Part shown: piece by piece, positions 39,954-48,353 of the stretch
Layout of the letters: each line of letters opens with the position of its first letter
How positions within the stretch are numbered: the first letter of the stretch is position 1
The notes under the pieces: generated by a model
Told to the model about the DNA's origin: nothing
What the model saw: the letters and a program-made list of their open reading frames with translations, nothing else
Database searches by the model: none
Source: a virus
Taxonomy: Duplodnaviria; Caudoviricetes
Strand: one strand, 5' to 3'
Virus record (IMG/VR): IMGVR_UViG_3300033146_005369
Location: 13,108-77,107 of that record
Length of the DNA: 64,000 nt
Position numbers and translations under genes: made by a program

Positions 39954-40328
39954 TTACCCCTTTATATCTTTCCTCAAAAATTCTTGCAGCGATTCAGGAT
40001 CACCCAAGCCATGCATTTTTGCAATCGGAAAATGTTTAACTTTTTTTCCATCTTCGATGAATTCATTCAGAACTGGTGCCACATAAAATTCGCCATTTAC
40101 TTGAACATTATTTTTGATCATTTGCTCAGCGTATCTTATATAGTCTGAGCCTTTTTTAAACCAGTGAAACCCAGTGTTAGCAATGTTTGAGATCGGCTTC
40201 TTCTCAGCCACTTCACAAACAAAACCATCTTTTCCAAGTTTAGCGAAACTCCATTTTGGGTGAGTTGCTGTAAAGGTTGCCAAACCTGCATCAACACCAT
40301 CCAAGTCGAAAATAATAGTTTTGATCAT
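39954..40328 (-). pseudogene. Internally deleted HAD phosphatase / sugar-nucleotidyltransferase fusion
   Basis: MIKTIIFDLDGV (HAD motif I) is joined directly to DAGLATF..THPKWSFAK...EVAEKKPIS..ANTG...GEFYVAPV...MHGLGDPE, the C-terminal half of an NTP-transferase. Confidence 0.7.
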
Positions 40329-40804
40329 CTCTTGAATCTCCTGAAAATTTTCATAATGTCTTCGAAATTCAACTCAAACCATTCACCACGAATTCTTTTC
40401 CTTTCCATAATCTCATGCAATTTTAATTCCACTTCTCTTCCGCCAGGAAATGCAGCCAGCAATTTTAACTTTCGTGGTGAACCAATTTGCAATTGGTTTA
40501 GACGCTTATCAGGATCTTTGGAAAAACCAATCTTAACATAATCTCCATCAGAAATTAGATAAATTTTATCAATAGTTCGTTCATAATCGCTCCAATTGTC
40601 TTCATCTTTTAAAAACAAATCTAGAAAGCAGCCATTTTCCATTTTATAAAATTGGTTCAAAATCCTGTAAAACTTATTTCTTCCAATTCTTTCTTCATTT
40701 TCTGACCATTCTTTGAAGGCATCCCAGAGTTTCAATCTTTTTATCTTAACTCCATTTATCAAAAGACAACAAGAACTTATGAATTGAACGACTTCACCAT
40801 TCAT
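40325..40804 (-). CDS. T5orf172/GIY-YIG-like endonuclease with N-terminal winged-helix-like domain
   Basis: IYLISDGDYVKIGFSKDPDKRLNQLQIGSP...E.KLH...RIRGEWF. Confidence 0.8.
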   Translation of the reverse strand: MNGEVVQFISSCCLLINGVKIKRLKLWDAFKEWSENEERIGRNKFYRILNQFYKMENGCFLDLFLKDEDNWSDYERTIDKIYLISDGDYVKIGFSKDPDKRLNQLQIGSPRKLKLLAAFPGGREVELKLHEIMERKRIRGEWFELNFEDIMKIFRRFKR

Positions 40805-41748
40805 AATATTTTTGAAGCTCTATGAAGATAATGCAAAACAATATCTTGGATACTGTCATCAAAATTCCTTTTCTGAGACCATCCAAGCGCTTTCAATTTG
40901 TCACCATTGACTGAATATCGGAAATCTTGTCCAACCCTTTTGTGCTCCAAGTCCGCTTTAATTTTGAATGGAAGAAGCTCAGAAATTTTCTCAAAAACCT
41001 CCAAATTCTGCTGCAAATCAGTTCCAGGGATGTTATAAATTTCTCCCGGCTTCCCTTTTTCCATCAGAAGAAAAATTGCATCAATTGTATCTTCAACATG
41101 AAGCCAGGTTCTAAATGGTGCTCCACCATTGTGCAGTCTCACTTCCCTCCCGTTCACTCCCAGATAAACAATGAGAGGAATAAATTTTTCTGGATATTGG
41201 TAAATTCCGTAATTATTCGATGGTCGAACAGTTATGACTTCAAGATTGTATGTCTCTTTCCACGAGTTCACAAGCATGTCAGCAGCGGCTTTTGTAGCTG
41301 AATAAGGATTTGTTGGAGCCAAAAAATCTGTTTCAAACGACTGTCCAATTGATTTGTTTCCATATACCTCATCAGTTGAAAAATGGATGAGAACAGGCTT
41401 TTTCCGAATGTTGTCAGGTTTTTTCCGAATCAATTCCATAAGGACTCGAACACCTTCGACATTCGATAAGACAAAATTGTGGTTGTCAAGAATTGAATTG
41501 CCGACATGAGATTCAGCAGCAGTATTTATAACAAAATCAAGATGGTCAGGCAATTCTTGCAAACTTGATATATCACCTTGAATGAATCTGAATTTGTTTT
41601 TTGGAGTGAAATCACCAATATATCTTCGATTCCATTCTCCAACTTTTGTCAGCTTATCGATTCCGTAAACAATATGGCCTTCATTTAACAAACGATTTGT
41701 CAAATTCGCACCAATGAATCCATAACATCCTGTCACCAAAACATTCAT
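40801..41748 (-). CDS. rmlB: dTDP-glucose 4,6-dehydratase
   Basis: VLVTGCYGFIG, AAESHVGNSI, HFSTDEVYG, PTNPYSATKA, RPSNNYG.YQYPEKFIP, RTWLHVED, GQDFRY. ATG at 41748 with AGGAG SD. Confidence 0.9.
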   Translation of the reverse strand: MNVLVTGCYGFIGANLTNRLLNEGHIVYGIDKLTKVGEWNRRYIGDFTPKNKFRFIQGDISSLQELPDHLDFVINTAAESHVGNSILDNHNFVLSNVEGVRVLMELIRKKPDNIRKKPVLIHFSTDEVYGNKSIGQSFETDFLAPTNPYSATKAAADMLVNSWKETYNLEVITVRPSNNYGIYQYPEKFIPLIVYLGVNGREVRLHNGGAPFRTWLHVEDTIDAIFLLMEKGKPGEIYNIPGTDLQQNLEVFEKISELLPFKIKADLEHKRVGQDFRYSVNGDKLKALGWSQKRNFDDSIQDIVLHYLHRASKIL

Positions 41749-41916
41749 CAAACAACTCCTCGAATGCTGCTATCGATCTGATATTTTTCAAAAATTTCTT
41801 GTAATTCTATGCACTTTGGAATGTTCCATTCCTCTTCTGCAATTGCAGTCGCGATATACGGAATACCTTTTTGAATATGGAGCATATCACATTTTTTTCT
41901 CATTCTGATGCAGCAT
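41748..41916 (-). pseudogene. Short/frameshifted ORF resembling the C-terminus of a glycan-locus protein
   Basis: Not in the track. 41748..41903 reads MRKKCDMLHIQKGIPYIATAIAEEEWNIPKCIELQEIFEKYQIDSSIRGVV. A coupled ATG at 41916 (MLHQNEKK) joins that frame if one A is removed from an A7 run. Confidence 0.5.
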
Positions 41917-42746
41917 TAAAGTGTGCCTACTACAAATTTTAGTTTCTTATATAGATCAATATTGATCAAATGCCACTTGTGGAGCAAATGATTGTTGATA
42001 CATTGCCATTTAGGATATTTCATTAGATCATTGTTGATTCTATTTGTCAACATAATATTTGTGAATTGTCTTGGATCAGTTGAGCTTCCATTGTTAAATA
42101 ACATGCTATCAGGCCAATGTTTTGTCACATTCTTTTCATAAATTGAGCCAGGCTTTAAATATTCTGAAATGGCATACTCGTAAATCGAAACCAAATTCTC
42201 CATATTTTCTGGCTTAGAAAAGAACCATTGATCTGCCAAACCTGCATTTAACTGATCCCACATTGCTGAATAAATAAATTCAGGGTCCAAGTTTGGATCA
42301 AAATCAGTCAAAGAAACTTTAAATTTTCTATTAGAATTTGCATCAATTGTTCCCAAGTCAAATCTGGAAGTAATGATCCAATCATACTCATCCATCATGC
42401 AAGCCATTCTAACAGATTGTGCTCTGGAATAAAAAAAAGCAAGCGAGCTTGCAATTTTTGCATTATAGTAGGGTGAATGAAGTCTATCAAAACCTTCATC
42501 AAAATACTCTTGAGACACCCCAGCTTGTTGCATCAGCAATTTAAAATCCTTTGGATCTTCATACTGATAATCGATAGGTTTAAACAATGTGTGAAATTTG
42601 AAACGATTACTGGGTTCATATGAATGAATATAGACATCAGGCTCATATCCTAAAAACTTTTTCTTGATATATTCATAACCTTTATCCCCAGCATGTTGAT
42701 CACGACTATTGTTGTAATTTCCGTACAAACAAAGTGCTATTTTCAT
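41916..42746 (-). CDS. Putative glycosyltransferase (MKIALCLxG...RxD family)
   Basis: MKIALCLYG, VYIHSY, YDWIITSRFD and ADQWFF motifs, glycan-cluster context. Confidence 0.55.
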   Translation of the reverse strand: MKIALCLYGNYNNSRDQHAGDKGYEYIKKKFLGYEPDVYIHSYEPSNRFKFHTLFKPIDYQYEDPKDFKLLMQQAGVSQEYFDEGFDRLHSPYYNAKIASSLAFFYSRAQSVRMACMMDEYDWIITSRFDLGTIDANSNRKFKVSLTDFDPNLDPEFIYSAMWDQLNAGLADQWFFSKPENMENLVSIYEYAISEYLKPGSIYEKNVTKHWPDSMLFNNGSSTDPRQFTNIMLTNRINNDLMKYPKWQCINNHLLHKWHLINIDLYKKLKFVVGTL

Positions 42747-43783
42747 TTTTTCTCCTCATCAGCAACTTTGTTATACTCAACCGCGCCAAATCCTTTCAAC
42801 GCATTCAAGACATTCTCTGCTGCTTCACCTTCACCATATGGACATTCATAAACCATTTTTTTCTGCTTCATGACATCTTGAAAGCTGACTTTAAGCTCGC
42901 TTGGCTCTCTTGCTAATACTGCATTCATTCCAAGTGTACAATGTCTTTCTGTTGCTTTCCTACAAATAATACATGGAATCCTGAAAAAATTAGTTTCCTC
43001 TTGAATCCCGCCGCTATCTGTTATAACAATTTTACTATTTAACATTTTTTCTAAAAACAATTCGTGCTCCATTGGTTCAACTGACCTTAAAACACTGTCT
43101 TTTAACATTTCTTGAATGTCCGGTGAATAATTTGGATGCTTCACAAGTGTAAAATCAAGTTCCGAATAAATTTGAGATAAATTTTCAACAACGCTGATCC
43201 AATCAGCAAGTTCTTCAGCATTCTCTCTACGATGAAGAGTTATAAGAACTTCATTACCATTCTTTTTATTCATTCCAACTAAATTGTCTAATGCTGTACT
43301 ACCAACAAAAGCAATTTTTTCATCCTTATTTAACCCAAAAATGTACTGTAATTCGTGATGTGATGGTGTTAGATGAATATCCGCAACTGCCGTTATAACT
43401 TGCCTGTTATATTCTTCTGGCCATGGGTTTTTTCTGTCCCATGTTCTCATCCCTGCTTCCAAATGAATAACTTTAACGTTGTGGTGAACTGCTTTTAAAG
43501 CAATTGCTGATGCTGTGCTGGTATCACCTTGCACCATAACATACTCAACCCCGCTAAAAATCGGCTGTTGATCATCAAAAATCGAAGCGTAAATTTCATC
43601 CAAACGATTATCCAACTCGCTTCTCAACTCTATTTGAAAATCGTAAAATGAATCTTTCGGTAAAAGTGTGGTGTGCTGTTTAACGCAAAGAACCTTGTGT
43701 GCAACATTATTTTCTTTAAAGTTCTTTATTACACTCTTAACTTTCAGCCATTCAGGACGAGTTCCGTAAGTTATTAATATCAT
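42743..43783 (-). CDS. wecB: UDP-N-acetylglucosamine 2-epimerase (non-hydrolysing type)
   Basis: GTRPE, VQGDT, HLEAGMRT, PEEYNR, TLHRREN, TDSGGIQEE. Confidence 0.92.
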   Translation of the reverse strand: MILITYGTRPEWLKVKSVIKNFKENNVAHKVLCVKQHTTLLPKDSFYDFQIELRSELDNRLDEIYASIFDDQQPIFSGVEYVMVQGDTSTASAIALKAVHHNVKVIHLEAGMRTWDRKNPWPEEYNRQVITAVADIHLTPSHHELQYIFGLNKDEKIAFVGSTALDNLVGMNKKNGNEVLITLHRRENAEELADWISVVENLSQIYSELDFTLVKHPNYSPDIQEMLKDSVLRSVEPMEHELFLEKMLNSKIVITDSGGIQEETNFFRIPCIICRKATERHCTLGMNAVLAREPSELKVSFQDVMKQKKMVYECPYGEGEAAENVLNALKGFGAVEYNKVADEEKK

Positions 43784-44388
43784 TTATTTCCTTGTTTAAA
43801 GAGATCGTATTGTGTCAAATCGTAATATCCATCTTCTTCAATTTGATCTGGATTGTGTTCTGCAAGATGTTGTAAAATAACCAAACCTCTTGCAGCTCTT
43901 TCCGGGTCCATATAAAAGTTGTATCCAAGAAGCTTGATGTTATCTTGTTTGTATAACACACCAGGAGTTCTTCCTTCATAGCGCATTTTGCGTAACCATT
44001 CGTATCTTTCTTTAGAATGAGTCAAAATTGCTCCACCTTTGCCAATGTTCAAAATTTTCTTTTGATGAAAGGAGAGGCACATTAAACTTTCTGGGATATA
44101 CATTCCACTTGTAAATCTTTTAGCAGCGTCATAAATCGGATATGGAGAGAGTTGGTAAATTCCTTGCCACTCTTTATCCACGAATTTGACTTTGCCGCCA
44201 GCATGAAGAATGCTCTGTGGAACTGATAAGTAAGTCTTTTTGGGAATTGTGACTTCGCCAACTTCCATCAGAAGACACGCAAGCAATATTGCATTGGTGC
44301 AAGAATTTGTTGTGACAACGTATGGAGCACCAGTGTATTCGCTTAAATTCTCTTCAAACATATCCACAATTTTAAAAGGATTGTGCAT
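43780..44388 (-). CDS. Short DegT/DnrJ/EryC1/StrS sugar aminotransferase
   Basis: NSCTNAI, VTIP..TY.SV, YDAA, SFHQKK (PLP lysine), GKGGAI, GYNFYM. Only 202 aa. Confidence 0.85.
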   Translation of the reverse strand: MHNPFKIVDMFEENLSEYTGAPYVVTTNSCTNAILLACLLMEVGEVTIPKKTYLSVPQSILHAGGKVKFVDKEWQGIYQLSPYPIYDAAKRFTSGMYIPESLMCLSFHQKKILNIGKGGAILTHSKERYEWLRKMRYEGRTPGVLYKQDNIKLLGYNFYMDPERAARGLVILQHLAEHNPDQIEEDGYYDLTQYDLFKQGNK

Positions 44389-44822
44389 TATTCACCATAT
44401 TTCATAAAATAACACGGGATTTTTTCTTCACCATTCAACAAATTCTCTTGTGAAACCACTTTGAAACCACATTTTTTGAAAAGTTTGAAACTCCCCACAT
44501 TTTCTGTTTTGATTATAACATTTAATTCGTCAAGAATCAACGCATTTTTTTTCACTAAATCATTAAGCATAAATGCGCCAATTCCTTTTCCTTGGTGTTC
44601 TCCTGAAACTGCAAGACGAATATCGTTTTTAACAATCCCAATCCAACCAACGGGGGTTCCATTGTCAAGACAAATCGAATATTCTTCCTGATATTTGCTC
44701 ATGAATTCCAGATGTTCTTCAGGAGTTATCTCATGCTGCTTGATGAAACCCTTTTTTTCTTCATTCCTCAATTCTAGAACAAAATCGTTGTAAAAACCGC
44801 CACAATTTTTTTGCATTCTCAT
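44388..44822 (-). CDS. PseH-like GNAT N-acetyltransferase
   Basis: ITPEEH, motif A HQGKGIG, N..S.KLFKKCGF. Adjacent to the aminotransferase. Confidence 0.8.
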   Translation of the reverse strand: MRMQKNCGGFYNDFVLELRNEEKKGFIKQHEITPEEHLEFMSKYQEEYSICLDNGTPVGWIGIVKNDIRLAVSGEHQGKGIGAFMLNDLVKKNALILDELNVIIKTENVGSFKLFKKCGFKVVSQENLLNGEEKIPCYFMKYGE

Positions 44823-46855
44823 TTTTTTACCTTGATTTTGATGAACTTCCGTTCCATTAATTTGTTTTTATCTTTTTGATGTAAAATTTCTTTTGGCATT
44901 TTTTTCATAATTGCATTAGACAATTTTTGTTGCATTTTGTCAATCATTTTATAAACGTCTGGTTGATGGTGGTCATCAAAATAAGACTCCTCTTTTAAAA
45001 TTGCAGTTGAAGCTTCATTTTCAACTCCAAAAAAACTCCTTAACCATTGTACAGCCTCAAAATTTTCGTTTTGCGCATTTCTATTGAAACTGTTCGGAAG
45101 AGTCAAGAAAACTTCAACTTTATATTCATTCTTATCCATTTTCAGTAAAATCTTATAACCAAATGTAATATTATAAACTGGTTTTGAAGCTTTTTCAATT
45201 ACATAATATTTTTCGCCATCCTTTATAGCAAATTCGCCATCGCTATTATCAATAAAATTTTGAATATAAGCCGGATATTCTCCATTAATTTCTTTATAAA
45301 AAATGTCAAGTCTTTCAAAAAGATAGTCCAAATCTCCAACTCTTGATTCAATTTCATCAACGAATTCTAAAATAAATTCATATGCTTCATAAAATGGCTT
45401 AGTTTCTTCAAGTTTAAATCCAGAATAATTTAAGCTTGAAATTCTTCTATCAATCCTTGTTTTGAGTTTTGTTAATTTCGTATCATTTAGCTCACCATTT
45501 TCGATACGTTCCATAATCGACAAAATATCATCATCAATTTCAAGAATCTTGCCTTCTAACTCAATTTCCGTTTCGGTTTCAAAAAGCATTGCATCGTTTT
45601 CTTCTTCATTATCGGAACTCAAATTAGCGTTGTGCTCAGTCTCAATTGAATAATAATATTCAAAAAACTCTTTGTACAACGTTTGAGAGTGGCTCAATTG
45701 ATCATCTGCAAAAAATTCACTTTCTTTAATATCTTGAAGCACTCTTCGCTCATTGGCAGACAGAAAAGAAGTTTCATAGTCATCCTCATGAAATAAAGGA
45801 TTATAACCATCATAGTATGAATACTTCTTACCAATCAATTCTTTATCAGTAAGCGTATTTAAAAGTTCTTCTTGTTTTTCATCCAAATATGAGCCACCAA
45901 TAATATAAGTTTCATCAATGTTCTCAACAAACCATTCAATCAATTCTGCATCTTGGTTTTTTCGTAAAAAATCTGACGCATATTGCAGAGTCGCTGCTGA
46001 ATATTCTAAATTACCATAAAAGTGTGTTGCAGGAGCGTAAACACTCCTTTCAAAATCTTCATCTGAGATTCTTCTAATACGAAGTCGCCCAATTGTCTCA
46101 ATCCCTTCAACGCCTCGACCTGTGTCACGCAAAATTTCATCATTATTAAACTCAAATGAAAAAAAGTTGGAATAATTATCTTTCAATTTATTGTATTCTT
46201 TTTCGCTAATTGCATAAACAATGAATCCATTACTCCCAATTGCCTCAGAAATCGCACATTGGAAATAGCTAGAACCCTCACTATGACAGCTATCTGTCCA
46301 TTCTGTATCAGACATCCTTACAATATCAACAGGATGTCTTGAAAAAAGAAGATAAGTCGTTGGAATTTCAGTCCTCTGATGCAATTTCCATTTACGGTAC
46401 AACTCGGTTGTCGTGAATCTCTCGAATTCTTTTGCATCCTCTGGAGAAAGAAATTTTCTTGCGAATTTGATTAAACCCATTTTTTTCTTTTTGGGTTTTG
46501 CACGACCTCCACTTTTTTTGATCATTTCTTCGGATGGCATTTCAGTCCAAGCAACAATTTTTGTGCGAAATGCTGGAAAGTTTGTATCTTTTGTTATAAT
46601 CGCGCCATTTTGTTTCGCAAGATCGATAAGAACTTGTTTTAATTTGTCAACAGGTTCAGCAAAATGTTCAGGAACTACTTCACCATCAATTTTCACGACT
46701 TGTCTTTTGTATGGCAATAACTTTTTCAATGCTTTTTGGCCATTCACAAAAGATTTTGATTCAGTATCAAATTCATAATCATGAATAAAATCAATAGCAC
46801 GTTTACTTATTTCATTTAAAATTCTTTTTTTGGCAACTTTTATTCGCAAAACCAT
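44819..46855 (-). CDS. Hypothetical protein with SRHPxDxxRMSD...SCH...YFxCA motif
   Basis: 678-aa ORF. Conserved-looking Cys/His block, acidic C-terminal half. Confidence 0.65.
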   Translation of the reverse strand: MVLRIKVAKKRILNEISKRAIDFIHDYEFDTESKSFVNGQKALKKLLPYKRQVVKIDGEVVPEHFAEPVDKLKQVLIDLAKQNGAIITKDTNFPAFRTKIVAWTEMPSEEMIKKSGGRAKPKKKKMGLIKFARKFLSPEDAKEFERFTTTELYRKWKLHQRTEIPTTYLLFSRHPVDIVRMSDTEWTDSCHSEGSSYFQCAISEAIGSNGFIVYAISEKEYNKLKDNYSNFFSFEFNNDEILRDTGRGVEGIETIGRLRIRRISDEDFERSVYAPATHFYGNLEYSAATLQYASDFLRKNQDAELIEWFVENIDETYIIGGSYLDEKQEELLNTLTDKELIGKKYSYYDGYNPLFHEDDYETSFLSANERRVLQDIKESEFFADDQLSHSQTLYKEFFEYYYSIETEHNANLSSDNEEENDAMLFETETEIELEGKILEIDDDILSIMERIENGELNDTKLTKLKTRIDRRISSLNYSGFKLEETKPFYEAYEFILEFVDEIESRVGDLDYLFERLDIFYKEINGEYPAYIQNFIDNSDGEFAIKDGEKYYVIEKASKPVYNITFGYKILLKMDKNEYKVEVFLTLPNSFNRNAQNENFEAVQWLRSFFGVENEASTAILKEESYFDDHHQPDVYKMIDKMQQKLSNAIMKKMPKEILHQKDKNKLMERKFIKIKVKK

Positions 46856-46861
46856 CCTTCT

Positions 46862-47569
46862 TCATCTCCATATTTCACCATATTCCACAAGTTTTTCAAT
46901 TTCTCTGATCCTTGAAGGTCCTCTTGAATGTTTTGAATATGATATAACCAAGTCATTGTAACTTTTGCAGTTATATACCCATTTTTTTGAAGAATTGCGA
47001 GCACGTTCATATAATAAAATAGACCGACCATCTTTCATCGAATGTTTATCAAGATGTTTCGCCAAATCTTTTTCAAATAAGCGCAACTGAAACTTCCACC
47101 ATTCATGTTCTGTAGAAAGAAGCAAAACTTTTTTTCTTAACGTCTCACTTTCACATCCGTTATTGACTCTTGAAAATTCTTCGATTCCAAAATGCTTCAA
47201 CATTTTGGCTAATTTCCGGCCAGCATATCTTCTAAACCCCATTGTGTAGCCATCTTGCGTTGATAAAAACCCAAAACCCGTGTCCCATTCGCTAGATAAA
47301 ATATACATAATCTTTAACACTTTTTCTTTATCAAGGATATTCGTTTGCAAATTCTTTGTTGCAAATGAAATATCATTTTCTTGTTGTGTTTTGAATTTAT
47401 GGTCCAATAAGAATGTATAATCTCTTTTGCCTTTTCTTTTCCAACACGCTTCCCGAGTTTTAGGACCAATAATCCCATCAACTTTTAATCTATTATTGCT
47501 TTGAAAAATTTTAACATCTTCTTTTGTCAAACTTTTTTTATCAAATCCGTGGATCAAAAATTCTTTCAT
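46862..47569 (-). CDS. Peptidoglycan-binding-domain protein, putative endolysin
   Basis: VKIFQSNNRLKVDGIIGPKT is a PG_binding_1 signature. The C-terminal domain is unassigned. Confidence 0.65.
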   Translation of the reverse strand: MKEFLIHGFDKKSLTKEDVKIFQSNNRLKVDGIIGPKTREACWKRKGKRDYTFLLDHKFKTQQENDISFATKNLQTNILDKEKVLKIMYILSSEWDTGFGFLSTQDGYTMGFRRYAGRKLAKMLKHFGIEEFSRVNNGCESETLRKKVLLLSTEHEWWKFQLRLFEKDLAKHLDKHSMKDGRSILLYERARNSSKKWVYNCKSYNDLVISYSKHSRGPSRIREIEKLVEYGEIWR

Positions 47570-47570
47570 A

Positions 47571-48353
47571 TCACTCCCAAATACAATATTTATAATTTCT
47601 CAAATCTGTGTAGCCATAATGCCAAAATTTCTTAAGGTAATCACGTGCAATTCCCATCCCCAAATGCTTATTCAATGTTGATCCAATATCAAGAAATGTG
47701 TTCCTTGGATTTTTAGAAAAACTCTTGTGCGCAATCAAATTGGAAATAGATGTTGCAGCCAAAAGAAAAACGTGATCTTCTATTTTATCTTCCTCAATCC
47801 ATGCCTGAATCTTGTCTGGAAGGTTGAAATCATTAACAATCGCATTGGTCCCGATTCTAAAATCTCTGATAATATCCAAATCCAAATGACGAATGTTCGC
47901 GTTTTCATTGCAAACAATGACGCATTTTTTGTGCTTCAAAAGTGGATAAAAGTTTTTAATAAAAAGTGGGTAATTAGCATTCACAAAAAGATTTGCCCAT
48001 GTTGTAAACTCTTCATCGCCGTCTCTCAAATCTTTCATCCACTGCGAATCTTCCTTCGAGACGCAGCATGGGCAAGACAAACCAACGAAATAATTGTGCT
48101 GCTTGTGCTTAAACGCTTCCAAAACAGCTTCGCCAACATATCCATGTTTTTCTGGGTCGTAATCTTTTTGATCTTCCTTGTTATACCCAAAATTGTGATG
48201 AATATCTCCAACGATCACATGGTTTTGTGCTAGAATCAAACGCTTCTGTTGCATTAAAAACAGTTCACCATCTGAAAACCTTGTGAAAGAAAAATGCTCA
48301 TTCCTCTTGAGCAAGTGATAAATCTTTAGCAAATCTGTTTTAAAGTCTTTCAT
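47571..48353 (-). CDS. GT-D-fold (DUF1792/GT101-like) glycosyltransferase
   Basis: FSFTRFSDGE, VGL.CPCC, LLAA, LDIGSTL. Start refined to 48353 (ATGA overlap). Confidence 0.7.
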   Translation of the reverse strand: MKDFKTDLLKIYHLLKRNEHFSFTRFSDGELFLMQQKRLILAQNHVIVGDIHHNFGYNKEDQKDYDPEKHGYVGEAVLEAFKHKQHNYFVGLSCPCCVSKEDSQWMKDLRDGDEEFTTWANLFVNANYPLFIKNFYPLLKHKKCVIVCNENANIRHLDLDIIRDFRIGTNAIVNDFNLPDKIQAWIEEDKIEDHVFLLAATSISNLIAHKSFSKNPRNTFLDIGSTLNKHLGMGIARDYLKKFWHYGYTDLRNYKYCIWE

